Made by a program: the position numbers and the translations under genes. This document shows positions 1 through 12,152 of a stretch of DNA of 52,211 nt, in pieces. Every line of letters starts with the position of its first letter. Within the stretch, counting starts at the first letter, position 1. Under the pieces are notes generated by a model, which was not told the origin of the DNA, searched no databases, and saw nothing but the letters and a program-made list of their open reading frames with translations. The stretch is from Chiloscyllium plagiosum (lineage: Eukaryota), in the NCBI RefSeq assembly GCF_004010195.1, contig NC_057740.1:41422718-41474928 (forward strand), read 5' to 3'.

Positions 1-263
1 GATGAAGGAAACGTCCACATGCCCGAAATGTTGATTCTCCTGCTTCTCGGATGCTGCCTGACTTGCTGTGCTTTTCCAGCACCACACTCTCAACTCTGAT
101 CTCCAGCATCTGCAGCCCTCACTTTCTCCTTTGAGATATGAAGAGAGATGGTAGATTTAAGGTAAGGGGCAGGAGGTTTAGACAGGATGTGAGGAAAAGC
201 GTTTTCAGTTAGAGGGTGGGAATCGGGAACTCACTCCCTCATCACATTTAAGAAATATTTTGA

Positions 264-911
264 TGTTCTTATGGACTAGATCAGACCACTCAAAAGATTC
301 TTAAGCAGACAGCCCTAGACCTAACTCTGCAATTTATTTCAGTAAGTGTACAGTGAAAATTACCAAGAGTAAGATAGCTAGGTTGACTGCTAGATTTTAA
401 ATCAGACAAAAATTTATTCACAAAGTCACACAATGAAACACAAAGAACAAAGAACCCCTACAGAACTCAACCTATCCAGCTAGATGTAATTATGCTGTTC
501 CGAATATACACAACAGTCCCAATAAGCAAACTCCTTTTAAAATCCAGTATAAATGGAACACATGCTTACAGGTTGAAGTTGAAAGGCAGAAAGGAGAGAG
601 AGTTTCCACACAGCTCCCTGCTGAACTTCCCTGTTGAACTCAACTAAAAACAACTCAGCTTAGCTCAGCTAGAGAGCTGACCACTCCCTTCTCTTTATAC
701 AGATCACTTCTGAAGCATGACTACTTTGGCCTGAAGTCTCATGTGTTTACATATAAAGAAAAGGCCTCTCAAAATCCTTTTTCATCTCTGTACCAAACCA
801 GACTGATCGGATACCGGCCCGGTTTATTGCTCCTCTGAAAAAAAAATCAAGGACAGAATCCCCTTGAGCCAAGGAACAGCTTTTAGGAAAGAAGGGACTA
901 ACTTTGTGACA
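264..911. mobile_element. Possible solo LTR inserted in a CR1 3' end
   Basis: About 650 bp bounded by TGT...ACA that interrupts CR1 sequence (atattttgatgt / atgtacacttgtg); minus-strand TATA-like and AATAAA strings. Confidence 0.4.
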
Positions 912-1432
912 ATGTACACTTGTGATACCAAGGCTCCAGGCTAGGTGCAGGAAAATAGAATAATCAGGTGGTTGCTTTTGACCAGTGTAGACCTGATGGG
1001 CTAAATGGATTTTTCTTTGTGCTGTAAGTCTCTATGACTCTATGTGTCTATGACTTGCATTTATATAGCACAACATTGTAACATCTCAAAGCATTTTCAC
1101 TGAATGAAGCATTTGTCACGTGTAGCTGCTGTTGTAATATGGGAAATGCAGCTGCCAGGAGCAACACAGCAAGATTCCACAAACAGCAATATGATAATAA
1201 CCAAACAAACTGTGTTAGTGATGCTGGTTGAGGGCTCAATGTTGGCCCTGAAACACCAATAAACGAAACAAGTTAAATGAGTGTGTGGCGCAGATTGAAA
1301 TTGGTGGGTACGATGTTATGGGTATCTCAGAAACTGCAAGGGGATCAGGACTGGGAGCTAAATATCCAAGGATATACATCCTATTGAAAGCTCAGGCAGA
1401 TGGACAAAAGGGACAAGGTTACCTAGTTTGTA

Positions 1433-1725
1433 AGATACCCGGGTTCAATTCCCGCCTCAGGCAACTCTCTGTGTGGAGTTTGCACATTCTCCCCGTGTCT
1501 GCGTGGGTTTCCTCCGGGTGCTCCGGTTTCCTCCCACAACCCAAAAAATGTGCAGGTTAGGTGAATTGGCCAGTCTAAATTGCCCGTAGTGTTAGGTGAA
1601 GGGGTAAATGTAGGGGAATGGGTCTGGGTAGGTTGCGCTTTGGTGGGTCGGTGTGGACTTGTTGGGCTGAAGGGCCTGTTTCCAAACTGTAAGTAATCTA
1701 ATCTAATCTAATCTAATCTAATCTA
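1433..1725 (+). mobile_element. HE1-like V-SINE, 5' truncated, (TCTAA)n tail
   Basis: B-box ggttcaattcc, V-domain gtgtggagtttgcacattctccccgtgtctgcgtgggtttcc, CR1-like tail. Confidence 0.85.
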
Positions 1726-1738
1726 AAGTGATATACAG

Positions 1739-1874
1739 CCCTTCTTCAGAAGAAGGTCTTATGCCGGAAACATTGATTCTCCTGCTGCTCTTCGAATGCT
1801 GCCTGGCCTGCTGTGTTTTTCCAGCACACATTTTTCAACTCTGGTACTCCAGCATCTGCAGTCCTCACTTTCTC
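1739..1874 (+). mobile_element. Short Penelope-derived insert with decayed hammerhead
   Basis: Flanked by direct repeat ctaaagtgatatacag (1723-1738, 1875-1890). Confidence 0.75.
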
Positions 1875-2700
1875 CTAAAGTGATATACAGTCAGGTGGCA
1901 TAGAATCTGTATGGGGAGAGTTGAGGAACTGCAAAGGAGAAAAGACCCTGATGAGATTTCTGTACAGGCCTCCTCGCAGTCGTCAGGATGTTGGAAAGAA
2001 AATAAATCAGGAAATAGAAAAAGGCATGTAAGAAATGCGCTATTACAATAATCATGGGGGACTTCAATATGCAGGTGGGCTGGGAAAATCAGACTTGTCA
2101 GGGATCCCAAGAAAAGGAATTTGTGGAATGTCTACATGATTTTTTTGGGAGTAGCTTGTGGTAGAGCCCACTGAGGAACAGCCACTCTGGATTTGGTGAT
2201 GTTTAATGAGGAAGACTTGATTAAGGAGCTAATGGTCTGTAAGAGTCTACAATATGATAGAACTCACCCCGCAGTTTGAGAGGGGGAAGCTGAAACAGAT
2301 GTCACAGTATCACAACTGAGTAACAGTAACTAGAAAGACATGAGGGAGGAGCTGGCCAGAGTTGATTGGAAGGGAAGCCTAGCAGGAAAACAGTGGACCA
2401 ACAATAACAGGAGGCTGCAAAATAAGATAAGAGCCCATGGTGTTAGGGGCAAGGTACTGACGTAGATAGAGGATTGGCTGACTGGTAAAAGGATGACAGT
2501 AGGGAAAAAAGGGGCCTTTTTCAGGATTGCAGTCAATGACTAGGGGAGTTCTGGAGTGGTCAGTGTTGGAACTACAACTATTCACATTAGGTATTAATTT
2601 TCTCCATGAAGGAGCTGAGCACACTGTTGCTAAGTTTGCACGAAGATAGGTGGAGGGACAGGTTGTGTTGAGGAAGCAGGGAGGCTGCAAAATGACTTGG

Positions 2701-2927
2701 CAGAAGTGGGTACTGCAGATGCTGGAGATTAGAGTCAAGATTAGAGTGGTGCTGGAAAAGCACAACAGGTCAGGCAGCATCCGAAGAACAGGAAAATCGA
2801 TGTTTCGGGCAAAGGTCCTTCATCTGGAATGAGGCCTGATGAACAGCTTTTGCCCGAAACATCGATTTTCCTGCTCTTTGGATGCTGCCTGACCTGTTGT
2901 GCTTTTCTAGCACCACTCTAATCTAGA
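2701..2927. mobile_element. Fold-back Penelope-derived insert with two opposed hammerhead cores, nested in a CR1 remnant
   Basis: Inverted arms of about 85 bp (2740-2826 and 2836-2922); flanking repeat ctgcaaaa(t/g)gacttgg. Confidence 0.8.
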
Positions 2928-4567
2928 CTGCAAAAGGACTTGGACAGGTTAGGAGAGTCAGCAAAGAAATGGCAGATAGAATACAAAGTGGGAAAGTGTG
3001 AGGGTATGCACTTTGGTCAGAGGAATAGGTGCACAGATTATTTTCTAAATGGTGAAAGGCTTTGGAAATCTGAAGCACAAAGGGACTTAGGAAACCTGAT
3101 AGAGGATTCTTTTAAGGTTAACATGCCCTTCAGTTGGCAGTTAGGAAAGCAAATGCAATATTTCAAGAAGACTAGAAAACCTGAGCAGGGATACACTGCT
3201 GCGGCTGTATAAAGGCTCCGGTCAGACCACATAAAGAATAGTGTGAACAGTTTTGAACCTCATATCTAAAGAAAGATGCTCTGACCTTGGAGAGGGTCCA
3301 GAGGAGGTTTACAGGAATGATCCTGGGGATGGAGGACTGGTCATATGAGGAGTGATTGAAGATTCTTGGTCTGCATTTGATGGAACTTAGAAGGATGAGG
3401 GGGTATCTGTTTGAAACTTACAGAATACTGCGAGGCCTGGGTTCAGCAGGTGTACAGATCTCTCCACTGATAGGAGAGATGGGGACCTGAGGGGACAGCC
3501 TCAGAGTGAAGGGATGACCTTTTAGAACTGAGATGAGGAGGAATTTCTTCAGCCAGAGGGTGGGAAATCTGTGGAACTGATTACCCAGAGAGCTGTGGAG
3601 GCCAAATCGTTAGGTGTTTTTAAGACAGAGATAGACAGGTACTTGATTAGCAGGAAGGTCAAGGGTTATGAGGGAGGGGGGAATGCTAGAAAATGGGGTT
3701 GAGAAACCTATCAGCCATGATCGAATGGCAGAGCAAACTCAATGGGCTGAATGGCCTGATTCTACTCCAATATCTTACGAGAACACCTCCCCTCTTCTTT
3801 GAAAAGATCTTTTGGGATCTTATAACACCTTCCCTAAAGGGTCAACAAATTGAGGGGGGTGGGGGTGGGGGTGGGGTGGGGGGGTTGGGGAGGTTAGGGA
3901 TTAAAGGCATTGGCTCAATGTCTCATCTGAGGAATGGTCTGCCCTCCCCCACCTCAGTAAAGGCACCATGGGCTGTCAGCCTGAGTTATGTGACCAAGTA
4001 TCTGAAGTGGTTACTCAGAGACGTTTATTGACATTTTTAGGAGTGTTTTAGAATACTGTTACATATTCCTTCAATTGGATTGAACAATGGATTACATTTT
4101 AAAACCAGAATGTGCTAAACAGCTTCGAGTCATCCACAGTCAGATTCTCACTGCTGGCTGCAACAAAATAACATCAACCGAGAAAATATCACAAAGCGAG
4201 ATACATTTCTAATCTCATCCGATGTTCATGTTCTATATTGGAGTCTCTATCTCACTTTCCCTCCTTCACATTCCTCTCCTCCATCAGGCACTAGCTGCCA
4301 CTTGGTTTCTACAAATCAAGATAAACACAGACCAGGCTTCATGTTACAATGTCATTAATCAACTTAACACCTTAACACCCCCAATGACGCAAAACTGCTG
4401 CTGTGCTGGTCACTGTCAGCAGAGCGGCCCAGTGTATTAACCACTTGAAAGGCTGATAAGCCAGTCCTGTTACCTTCCAACCTTTCAAACTCCCATCTGA
4501 GAGGAGATGTCCTTCAGAACTCAAGTTTCAAAGTGCTTTCTGTGAAATAAAAAGAGTTGCAACATTG

Positions 4568-4677
4568 TCGAGAGTGTGGTGCTGGAAAAGCACAGTAGGT
4601 CAGGCAGCATCCAAGGAACAGGAGAATTGATGTTTCGGGCATAAACCCGCCATCAGGATTTCAGCAACTCAGGATCC
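4568..4677 (-). mobile_element. Short Penelope-derived insert
   Basis: Flanked by agagttgcaacattg (4553-4567, 4678-4692); minus-strand CUGAUGG...GCCCGAAACAUC variant core. Confidence 0.72.
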
Positions 4678-5189
4678 AGAGTTGCAACATTGGTCAACAT
4701 TTCAACATAGCAAGATCCCAAGAGCTGTGGCCAGGTGAATATCTGGCCAGTCCGTTGTCTGGTGCTGAATTGGGGATAACTATTGGCTGGGACATTAGGG
4801 AGAACCCCTCTGCTTCTAGTTGTAGCCATCGGCATTGTACTTTTATCTGACCCTGCAGCATTCCCACAGCACTGCTTTGGGAACGTCAATCTGGATCTGT
4901 GCTCAGTTTAAGGGAAGTAAGGAATCGAACTCACAGTGCTCTGACACAGGGGCAGCTGTGTGCTATCCACTGGGATGGATTGATATCAAGCACAGTCTTT
5001 CACAAGGTATACAGAAACCTCAAGTGTTACAGACAAATACTACAACCACTCCAACTGCCCATCTCACTCACTCAGTCCTGTTCAAGGAGATCACCATGAG
5101 TGTATGAACCTTGCAGTAAGTCATCAGGAGTGAATCAATACTTACTGTAAAGCAGGAGCTTAATTTCATACCCAACCTCATGCCACACT

Positions 5190-5560
5190 TGCTCTGGGAG
5201 TGTTTGATGGGGACAGCATGGAGGTAAAAGGGCAGAGAGAGCATTACCTTTAGTTTAAAAGAGTAGTGAGAGATTTTCTCTTTATCTAACCCCGTACAGT
5301 CCCTATCTTGGGAGGGTTTGATGGGGACAGTGTAGAGAGAGCTTAACTTTCAGGTTAAATGAGTGCAGGGAACTTTACTCTGTATCTAACTTTGTGTTGT
5401 ATCTGTCCTGGGACTGTTTCATAGAGACAGTGTCGATGAATTTTTACCTTCAGTTTATTATTAATTTAAAAGAATACAGGAAGTTTTACTCTGTATCTAA
5501 CCCTATGCTGTCCCTATCATGGGAGTGTTTGGCAGGGACAGTGCAGAGGGAGCCTTACTT
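5190..5560. repeat. Dispersed satellite-like repeat, unit about 67 bp (ggacagtgtagagggagctttactctgtatctaaccccgtgctgtccctgtcctgggagtgtttgatgg); also 18045-18370, 32765-33055, 50858-51015
   Basis: Degenerate tandem units at several places in both orientations. Confidence 0.8.
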
Positions 5561-5767
5561 CCTGACTCAGTTGACCACAATTTGATACTTGTCTGTTTGC
5601 CCCATCTCAGAAATGTCATACTGTCTGCATTTCAAGTGTACTTGCTGGATGAAGAAGATATTGTAACTAGCCTCAGAGTAACCTAACTGTACATCATGCC
5701 CAGCAATTATATCCTCAGTCAAAATGGAGACCCAGGTCTTAGTTCTGCTTGCCATAATCCATATTAA

Positions 5768-5933
5768 GGGGGAGAACGTGAGGACTGCAGGTACTGGAGA
5801 TCAGAGTTGAGAGTGTGGTGCTAGAAAAGCACAGCATCCAAGGAGCAGGAGAGTCGACATTTCAAGCATAAGTTCGTCATCAGGAATGTTCCTCAGATGC
5901 TGTGCTTTACCAGCACCACACCTTTTTACTATG
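5768..5933 (-). mobile_element. Short partly fold-back Penelope-derived insert
   Basis: Flanked by atccatattaa (5757-5767, 5934-5944); decayed CUGAUGA...GAAA on minus. Confidence 0.72.
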
Positions 5934-6107
5934 ATCCATATTAACTTGACTATTGCTGGAAAAAGATGCATTTTGTCAAAGTTTTTCATCCTATTTACAT
6001 CAGTTCAATTCACAAAAGCTTACCAATGTAAAGGGCAAACTTCATTTATATCAGAAAAGAAATTGGCAGTTGACTATCTGTCATTATTAACTGGTGTAAT
6101 CTCTATG

Positions 6108-6261
6108 AGGTAAAAACAATGACTGCAGATGCTGGAAACCAGATTCTGGATTAGTCGTGCTGGAAGAGCACAGCAGCTCAGGCAGCATCCAAGGACAGGC
6201 AAAATCTGAGGACAGGCAAAATCGACGTTTCGGGCAAAAGCCCTTCATCAGGAATAAAAAA
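6108..6261 (-). mobile_element. Short Penelope-derived insert with intact hammerhead
   Basis: Perfect 15-bp flanking repeat ggtgtaatctctatg (6093-6107, 6262-6276). Confidence 0.8.
6220..6255 (-). ncRNA. Minimal hammerhead ribozyme inside a short Penelope-derived insert, core intact
   Basis: Minus strand reads AUUC-CUGAUGA-A-GGGC(UUUU)GCCC-GAAA-C-GUC-GAUU; stem I is short with one U.U mismatch. Confidence 0.7.
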
Positions 6262-8409
6262 GGTGTAATCTCTATGGCAACCCCTCTATCAGAGTCTCCT
6301 TGCCAAGCAATTAGCACTCTCCTATCATTTAGTATAAATGTTATTTTCTCTTTATTTGGTATTCTTGTGAATTGTCCTGGTGAGTGAGAGATAAAAAGAT
6401 TTGACAACATGTTTTTTATCAGGAATATTCTGTATCGTTCTGTGCCATCAAATAGCCATATTAAGGTATTGATCATACCCATGAAAAACAACAAGTTGAA
6501 ATTCTTCCAAGTTAATCATTCCTAGTCCAAACAGCCTGCTTGTATTTACCACACAGTAATCACTCAGTACTAGCAGGGAAAGAGAGTTGACCTTTCAAAA
6601 CCTCCCCTCCCTTCCTTGTTGGCTTTTTACTAATAACAGTTTGTGTGACATGCGTTGGAAGTAAATTGTGGAAAACTGTTCCTCTCTCCTTTCGGATTTG
6701 GAGGAGGCCAGGCCGCTGCCATTTGATTAAGATCATGTCTGATTTGTGTCTTAACTTTCTCTACTTTAGATCCCAAACCTTTAACAGCTTTTCCTAACAG
6801 ATTCTTTTTCATTCATTCTTTTGATCAGCCATCACTGACGAAGCCAACATTTATTGGCCAGCCCTAACTGAGAAAGTGGGAGAGAACTGCTTCTTGGACC
6901 ATGACATTTGAGGGGTGTAGAGACACACACAATGATGTTAAAGGAAGGAATTCCAGGATTTCGATCCAGCGATACCGAAGGAACAATGATATATTTCCAA
7001 GTCAGATCGGTGAGTGAGTCAGAGGAAAATATTCAGAGTGTTTCCTGAATTTGCTGCCCTCATCCTTCTAGATGGTAGCAGTTTCAGGTTTTGAAGGTGT
7101 TGTCTTTGGTGAGTTGCTGTAGTGCATCTTGTAGTCAGAATACGCTGCTGTAACTGTGCGTCGGTGGTGGAGAGACTGAATGTTGAATGCATTAAATGCG
7201 ATATCAATAATCAGGCTGCTTTGTCTTGGATGATGTCAAGCTTCTCAAGTGTTGTTGGACCTGCACCCATCCAGGCAAGTGGAGAGTATTCCACCACACT
7301 CCTGACTTGAGTCTAGTAGATAGTGGACAGGCTTTGGGGAGTCAGGAGGGGAGTTGCTCACTGCAGGATTCTCAGCCTCTGACCTGCTCTTGTAGCCAGA
7401 AGATTGACATTGGTGATGCCCAGGAAGATGATGAGTTCACCTCTATGGGGAGGTATAGGTGTAGTGATAATACCACCAAGCTTGTAATTCTAATGATACC
7501 AAAACAGAAATTGCTGGAAAATCTCAGCAGCTCTGGCAGCATCCGTGGAGAGAAATCAAGGTCAATTCTCTGAGGAAGGGTCACTGGACCTGAAACATTC
7601 ACTCTGATTTCTCTCCACGGATGCTGCCAGAGCTGCTGAGATTTTCCAGCAATTTCTGTTTTGGTATCATTAGAATTACAAGCTTGGTGGTATTATCACT
7701 ACAGAGTGAATGTTTCAGGTCCAGTGACCCTTCCTCAGAGAATTGACCTTGATTTCTCTCCACAGATGCTGTCAGACCTGCTGAATTTCTCCAACAATTT
7801 ATGTTTTTGTTTCTGATTTACAGCAGCTGCAGTTCTTTTGGAATACTAGTGTGCTGTAATAATATAGGTTTAAATCCCAATTTAGCAGCTGGTGGAATTG
7901 AAATTGAGTTAATCATTCTGGAATAATGACCACATTATTCCAATTGATTGTTGGAAAATCTCATGTGGCTCCTCAATAATCTTTAGGGAAGGAAATCTGC
8001 CGTCCTTACCTGGTCTGGCCGACACATAACTCCAGACACACAGCAATGTGGCTGACTCTTAACCACCCTCAGAAATAGCTGAGCAAGTGCTGCCCTCAAC
8101 AGCAACACCCACACCACATGAAAGATTAAAGGCAAGAGTGCATGGTGCCAGGAACTATGCATGATCCTTGAAAGAGGACTGTGTCCCTGAGGGAGATACC
8201 AGCCAGCTGTGAGATTGAGACCTTACCTAGTATCAGCCCACAGTTAGTGAAAGAGATACACTGACAGAAATGGTATTGCTATAACCCAAAACCTAACCAC
8301 CACTACCTCCCCTGAGGGAATGCAAAACTAAAACAACAAACAGTTTGCAGCAAGGGAATGCAAGCCCAGTTTAAGTAAACTGTCCTCATTATTTAATGCT
8401 TTCAGTCCA

Positions 8410-9350
8410 TATCACAAACTTGATTGAGTTCTTTGAGGAAGTAACAAAGAGGATTGATGAGGGCAGAGCGGAAGATGTGATCGATATGGACTTCAGTTCG
8501 ACAAGGTTCCCCATGGGAGACTGATTAGCAAGGTCAGAATTAAATTGAATACAGAGAGAACTAGCCATTTGGATACAGAACTGGCTCAAAGGTAGAAGAC
8601 AAGAGGTGGTGGTGGAGGGTTGTTTTTCAGACTGGAGGCCTGTGACCAGTGGAGTGCCTCAAGAATCGGTGTTGGGTCCTTTACTTTTTGTCATTTACAT
8701 AAATGATTAGGGGTTACCTCAAGTTACAATGAGATCTTGATCAGATGGGCCAATGGGCTGAGAAGTGGCAGATGGAGTTTAATTTAGATAAATGCAAGGT
8801 GCTGCATTTTGGGAAAGCAAATCTTAGCAGGACTTATACACTTAATGGTAAGGTCTGAGAGAGTGTTGCTGAACAAAGAGATCTTGGAGTGTAGGTTCAT
8901 AGCTCCTTGAAAGTGGAGTTGCAGGTAGATAGGATAGTGAAGAAGGTGTTTGGTATGCTTTCCTTTATTGGTCAGAGTACTGAGTACAGGAGTTGGGAGG
9001 TCATGTTGCGGCTGTACAGGACATTGGTTAGGCTACTGTTGGAATATTGTGTGCAATTCTGGTCTCCTTCCTATCAGAAAGATGTTGCGAAGATATAAAA
9101 GAGACCTAAGGGGCAACTTTTTCATGCAGAGGGTGGTACGTGTCTGGAATGAGCTGCCAGAGGATGTGGTGGAGGCTGGTACAATTGCAACATTTAAGAG
9201 GCATTTGGATGGGTATATGAATAGGAAGGGTTTGGAGGGATATGGGCCGGGTGCTGGCAGGTGGGACTAGATTGGGTTGGGATATCTGGTTGGCGTGGAC
9301 AGGTTGGACCGAAAGGTCTGTTTCCATGCTGTACATCTCAATGACTCTAT
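8410..9350 (+). mobile_element. CR1/HER1-like LINE, RT region to 3' tail, internally deleted
   Basis: YRSWEVMLRLYRTLVRLLLEYCVQFWSP and FFMQRVVRVWNELPEDVVEAGTIATFKRHLD. Confidence 0.9.
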
Positions 9351-9377
9351 ATCTCTCTTTTTTTTGTCCTTATAAAG

Positions 9378-9745
9378 TCAGAGTCATAGAGCACAGAAAT
9401 AGACCCTTTGGTCTAATCAGACCATGCCGAACCTAATCCCAAACTGAACTAGTCCCACCTGCTGGTACTTAGTCCATACCCCTCCAAACATTTCTTATTT
9501 GTGAACTTATTCAAATGTCTTTTAAACATTGTAACTGTACTCACATCTGTCACTTCCACAGGAAGTTCACTCCACACACAAACCACACTCTGTGTAGAAA
9601 ATGTGCCCTGCATGTCCCTTTTAAATCTCTTTCCTCTCACCTTAGAAATGGACCCCCTAGCCTTGAAATCCCCCATCCTCGGGAAAAGACAACTATCATT
9701 CCTCCTATCCACACTTCTCAGTATTTTAGAAACTTCTATAATGTC
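9378..9745 (-). mobile_element. CR1 LINE 3' fragment
   Basis: VWSELPVEV..V..VTMFKRHL peptide and tail on minus; tail-to-tail with the previous copy. Confidence 0.8.
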
Positions 9746-11059
9746 ACCTGGGGACCTATCTGATTGTCCCACTCCATCATCCAGGAGCATCAAATCCAAT
9801 GACAGCAGCTGCTCTAAATAGGCTCTGTAGGACATTGGTAGTGTCTGTACCTCTGGGTCAGGAGAGCCAGGTCCTAGTCCCACCTGGACCAAGCAGGGTC
9901 CAAGCAGGTTGAGTAAACTAACTGCAATTGTTCTGACTGACTCTAATAATTCACATAATAAAAACAATACCTTGAATTTATGCATCACCTAACTTGAAGT
10001 GAGCAGCAAGCAAAAGTTAGAAAGAGTCATGTCAGGAGACATCCAGGCTCGATCAAGGAAGAAAGCTTTAATGAGAGTCGCAAAGAGGAGAGAGAGAGAT
10101 AGAGAGAGGATGGAGGTTAGGGAGGGAATCTCAAAGTTTAGGAAAAAGGCAACAGAAGCCAATGGTGAGAGTGATGGAAATCAGGAATCTGTATGAGGTA
10201 GGACCTGGAGGAATCTCATTGGATCATGGGGATAGAGGAGGTGGCAGATGAGAGAGACCATGAAGAGATTTGATCTGTTCACCAACACTATGAGAGACCG
10301 GCGTTTCTGGGCTGTTTATTGATTTTGCAGATGTGACCTGATTTCCTTGTTGATGATGTGAGGGTGAGCTAGCACAGTGGGTCTTTCCTCTCTCTCCAGC
10401 TCCACCCAATTCACACCAGGAAACTGCAACGTGGATATGTCAAAGAAACACATCTCACTAGACCATTAGGCAGCCATATTCTGCTGTTAACTCTCAATGT
10501 GAATGAGTATCTCTTCAATGTGCTACTTTCTGCACAGACTGGGACTCTATTCCTCACCATGTCTCACACTACCTAACGTTACAATCAGCAAAATCTGGGA
10601 AAAGCATTAGTGGGAAACCCTTTACAGTCTTACTCGCTCTCTCTCAATCCCTTCAGGCAAAACCCTCACCAGCATTCGGATTCCACATGCAACTGCCCTG
10701 ACTTCCTCCAAGTGCCCATCCAGATAATGAATCTAGGCAAGCTATTTAATTGTGGCTGGTCCTCACTGTCAAGCCCAGTCCTGCCTTCCTATGACACATG
10801 CACTTTCCAGCTGATGATCAGGGGGTGGTGAATAAGAAACAAACTAATCACAGCTCCTACAAAATGTCAACATCCCCAGAGCATTGATAGCGTGGGAGGC
10901 ATTTCTAGTATATTTACTGGATGGTGCATCTATCCCTTCAGAATCATGGAGGACACTAATATTCTGAAGGGGAACATGATTGATTGACTAAGCAAAACAA
11001 AGAAAACTGTTTTTAAAAATAAGTGCAAACATCGGTCATTTAATGCTTAAAGTTCTGGC

Positions 11060-11670
11060 AGTTAAACAGTTCCATTCCTGCCCCAGTCTGCCTGCTATTG
11101 AAAACCTCAATCATGACTTTGTTACATCAAGATCCAACTATTCCAATGTCAACTTGTGGTCATCCATTACTAAGCTGCCCATTTCCTTCACTGTGCCTAG
11201 TTTCATTCACCTAGCACCCCCTGCATGTGCTGCCCAACATTGGCTCCTCCTTAAGCAATATCCAGGCCTTAGAATTCTCATTCACATTATCAAATCTCTC
11301 CGTGAACTCACCCCTCCGATCTTCTGCCATCTTCTCCAACACTATGACCCTCAGAATAATTGTACCCCTCTGATTCCAGCCTCTTCAACTTTTCAGATTT
11401 CCATCTCTACACTCCTTCAGCTGCTTAGACCTGAAGCTCTGGAATTCCCTCCTCTAACCTTTCTCATTCGTGCTTTCTCTCTCTCTCTCTCTCCCCACCT
11501 CCCCCCCATCCTTAAAAAAATCTCCTTCCGACCATCTCTTTGAGTAAGCTTTTGGTTACTGACCTAATATCTCATCACTTGATCCAATATAATATTTCCC
11601 TTTGCCACGCTCCTGTGAAGTACTATTAGGTAATTTTTGGATTAAAAACATTATGCACGTTTTTTTTATT
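11060..11670 (+). mobile_element. L2-like LINE 3' fragment
   Basis: HDFVTSRSNYSN and HWL..KQ....RILI.I.KSL..LTPP..C.LLQ resemble the L2 ORF2 C-terminus; related minus-strand pieces at about 9965-10280 and 51100-51270. Confidence 0.65.
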
Positions 11671-12152
11671 GTTATTAACTGGAGTTCCAAGTAGCAGGAA
11701 ATTCCACATGACTGCAGAAAATTTACAGCAGAGTGAAGGCCATTCAGTCCATCTGGGACAGACCAGTGTTTCTGCACCTCTTAAACTACCTTCCAATCTC
11801 ACCTCATCCCTCTATTTTTCTCTCCTTCTTGTGTCTATCCAGCTTCCCCTTCAAGGTATTGGTACTAATGACCTTGACCAGTCCTTTTTGGAGTGAGTTC
11901 CACATTCTCACTGCTCTTTTACAATTCAGGTGAAATCTCTCTACCCTATTGGTTATTTTAGTGACAGTCTCATAGTGTTGGCCCCTAAATCTGATCAGCC
12001 CAGACAGGTGGAAACACTTTCCCTACATCAGCCTGAAAAAACTTCCATTAAAGACCTCTGACAAGCCACTGCTCTAGCTTCCTGTATCTGGAAGAGTTCA
12101 GATCTGTTTTGATGGTTACAAACCTGCAGTTTACTCATGTCAGCTGAAATGA

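Larger units (their letters stand above)
1250..3780 (+). mobile_element. Degraded CR1-clade LINE ORF2 (APE endonuclease to RT and 3' tail) with nested inserts
   Basis: Peptide remnants YDVMGISET, IIMGDFN and DRLGESAKKWQIEYKVGKCEGMHFG; CR1-type tail at about 3715-3775; many stops and frameshifts. Confidence 0.85.

Noticed and set aside
4474-4539. Selenocysteine read-through of the in-frame TGA in the 66-nt exon
   Set aside because: No selenoprotein-like context and no SECIS recognised.
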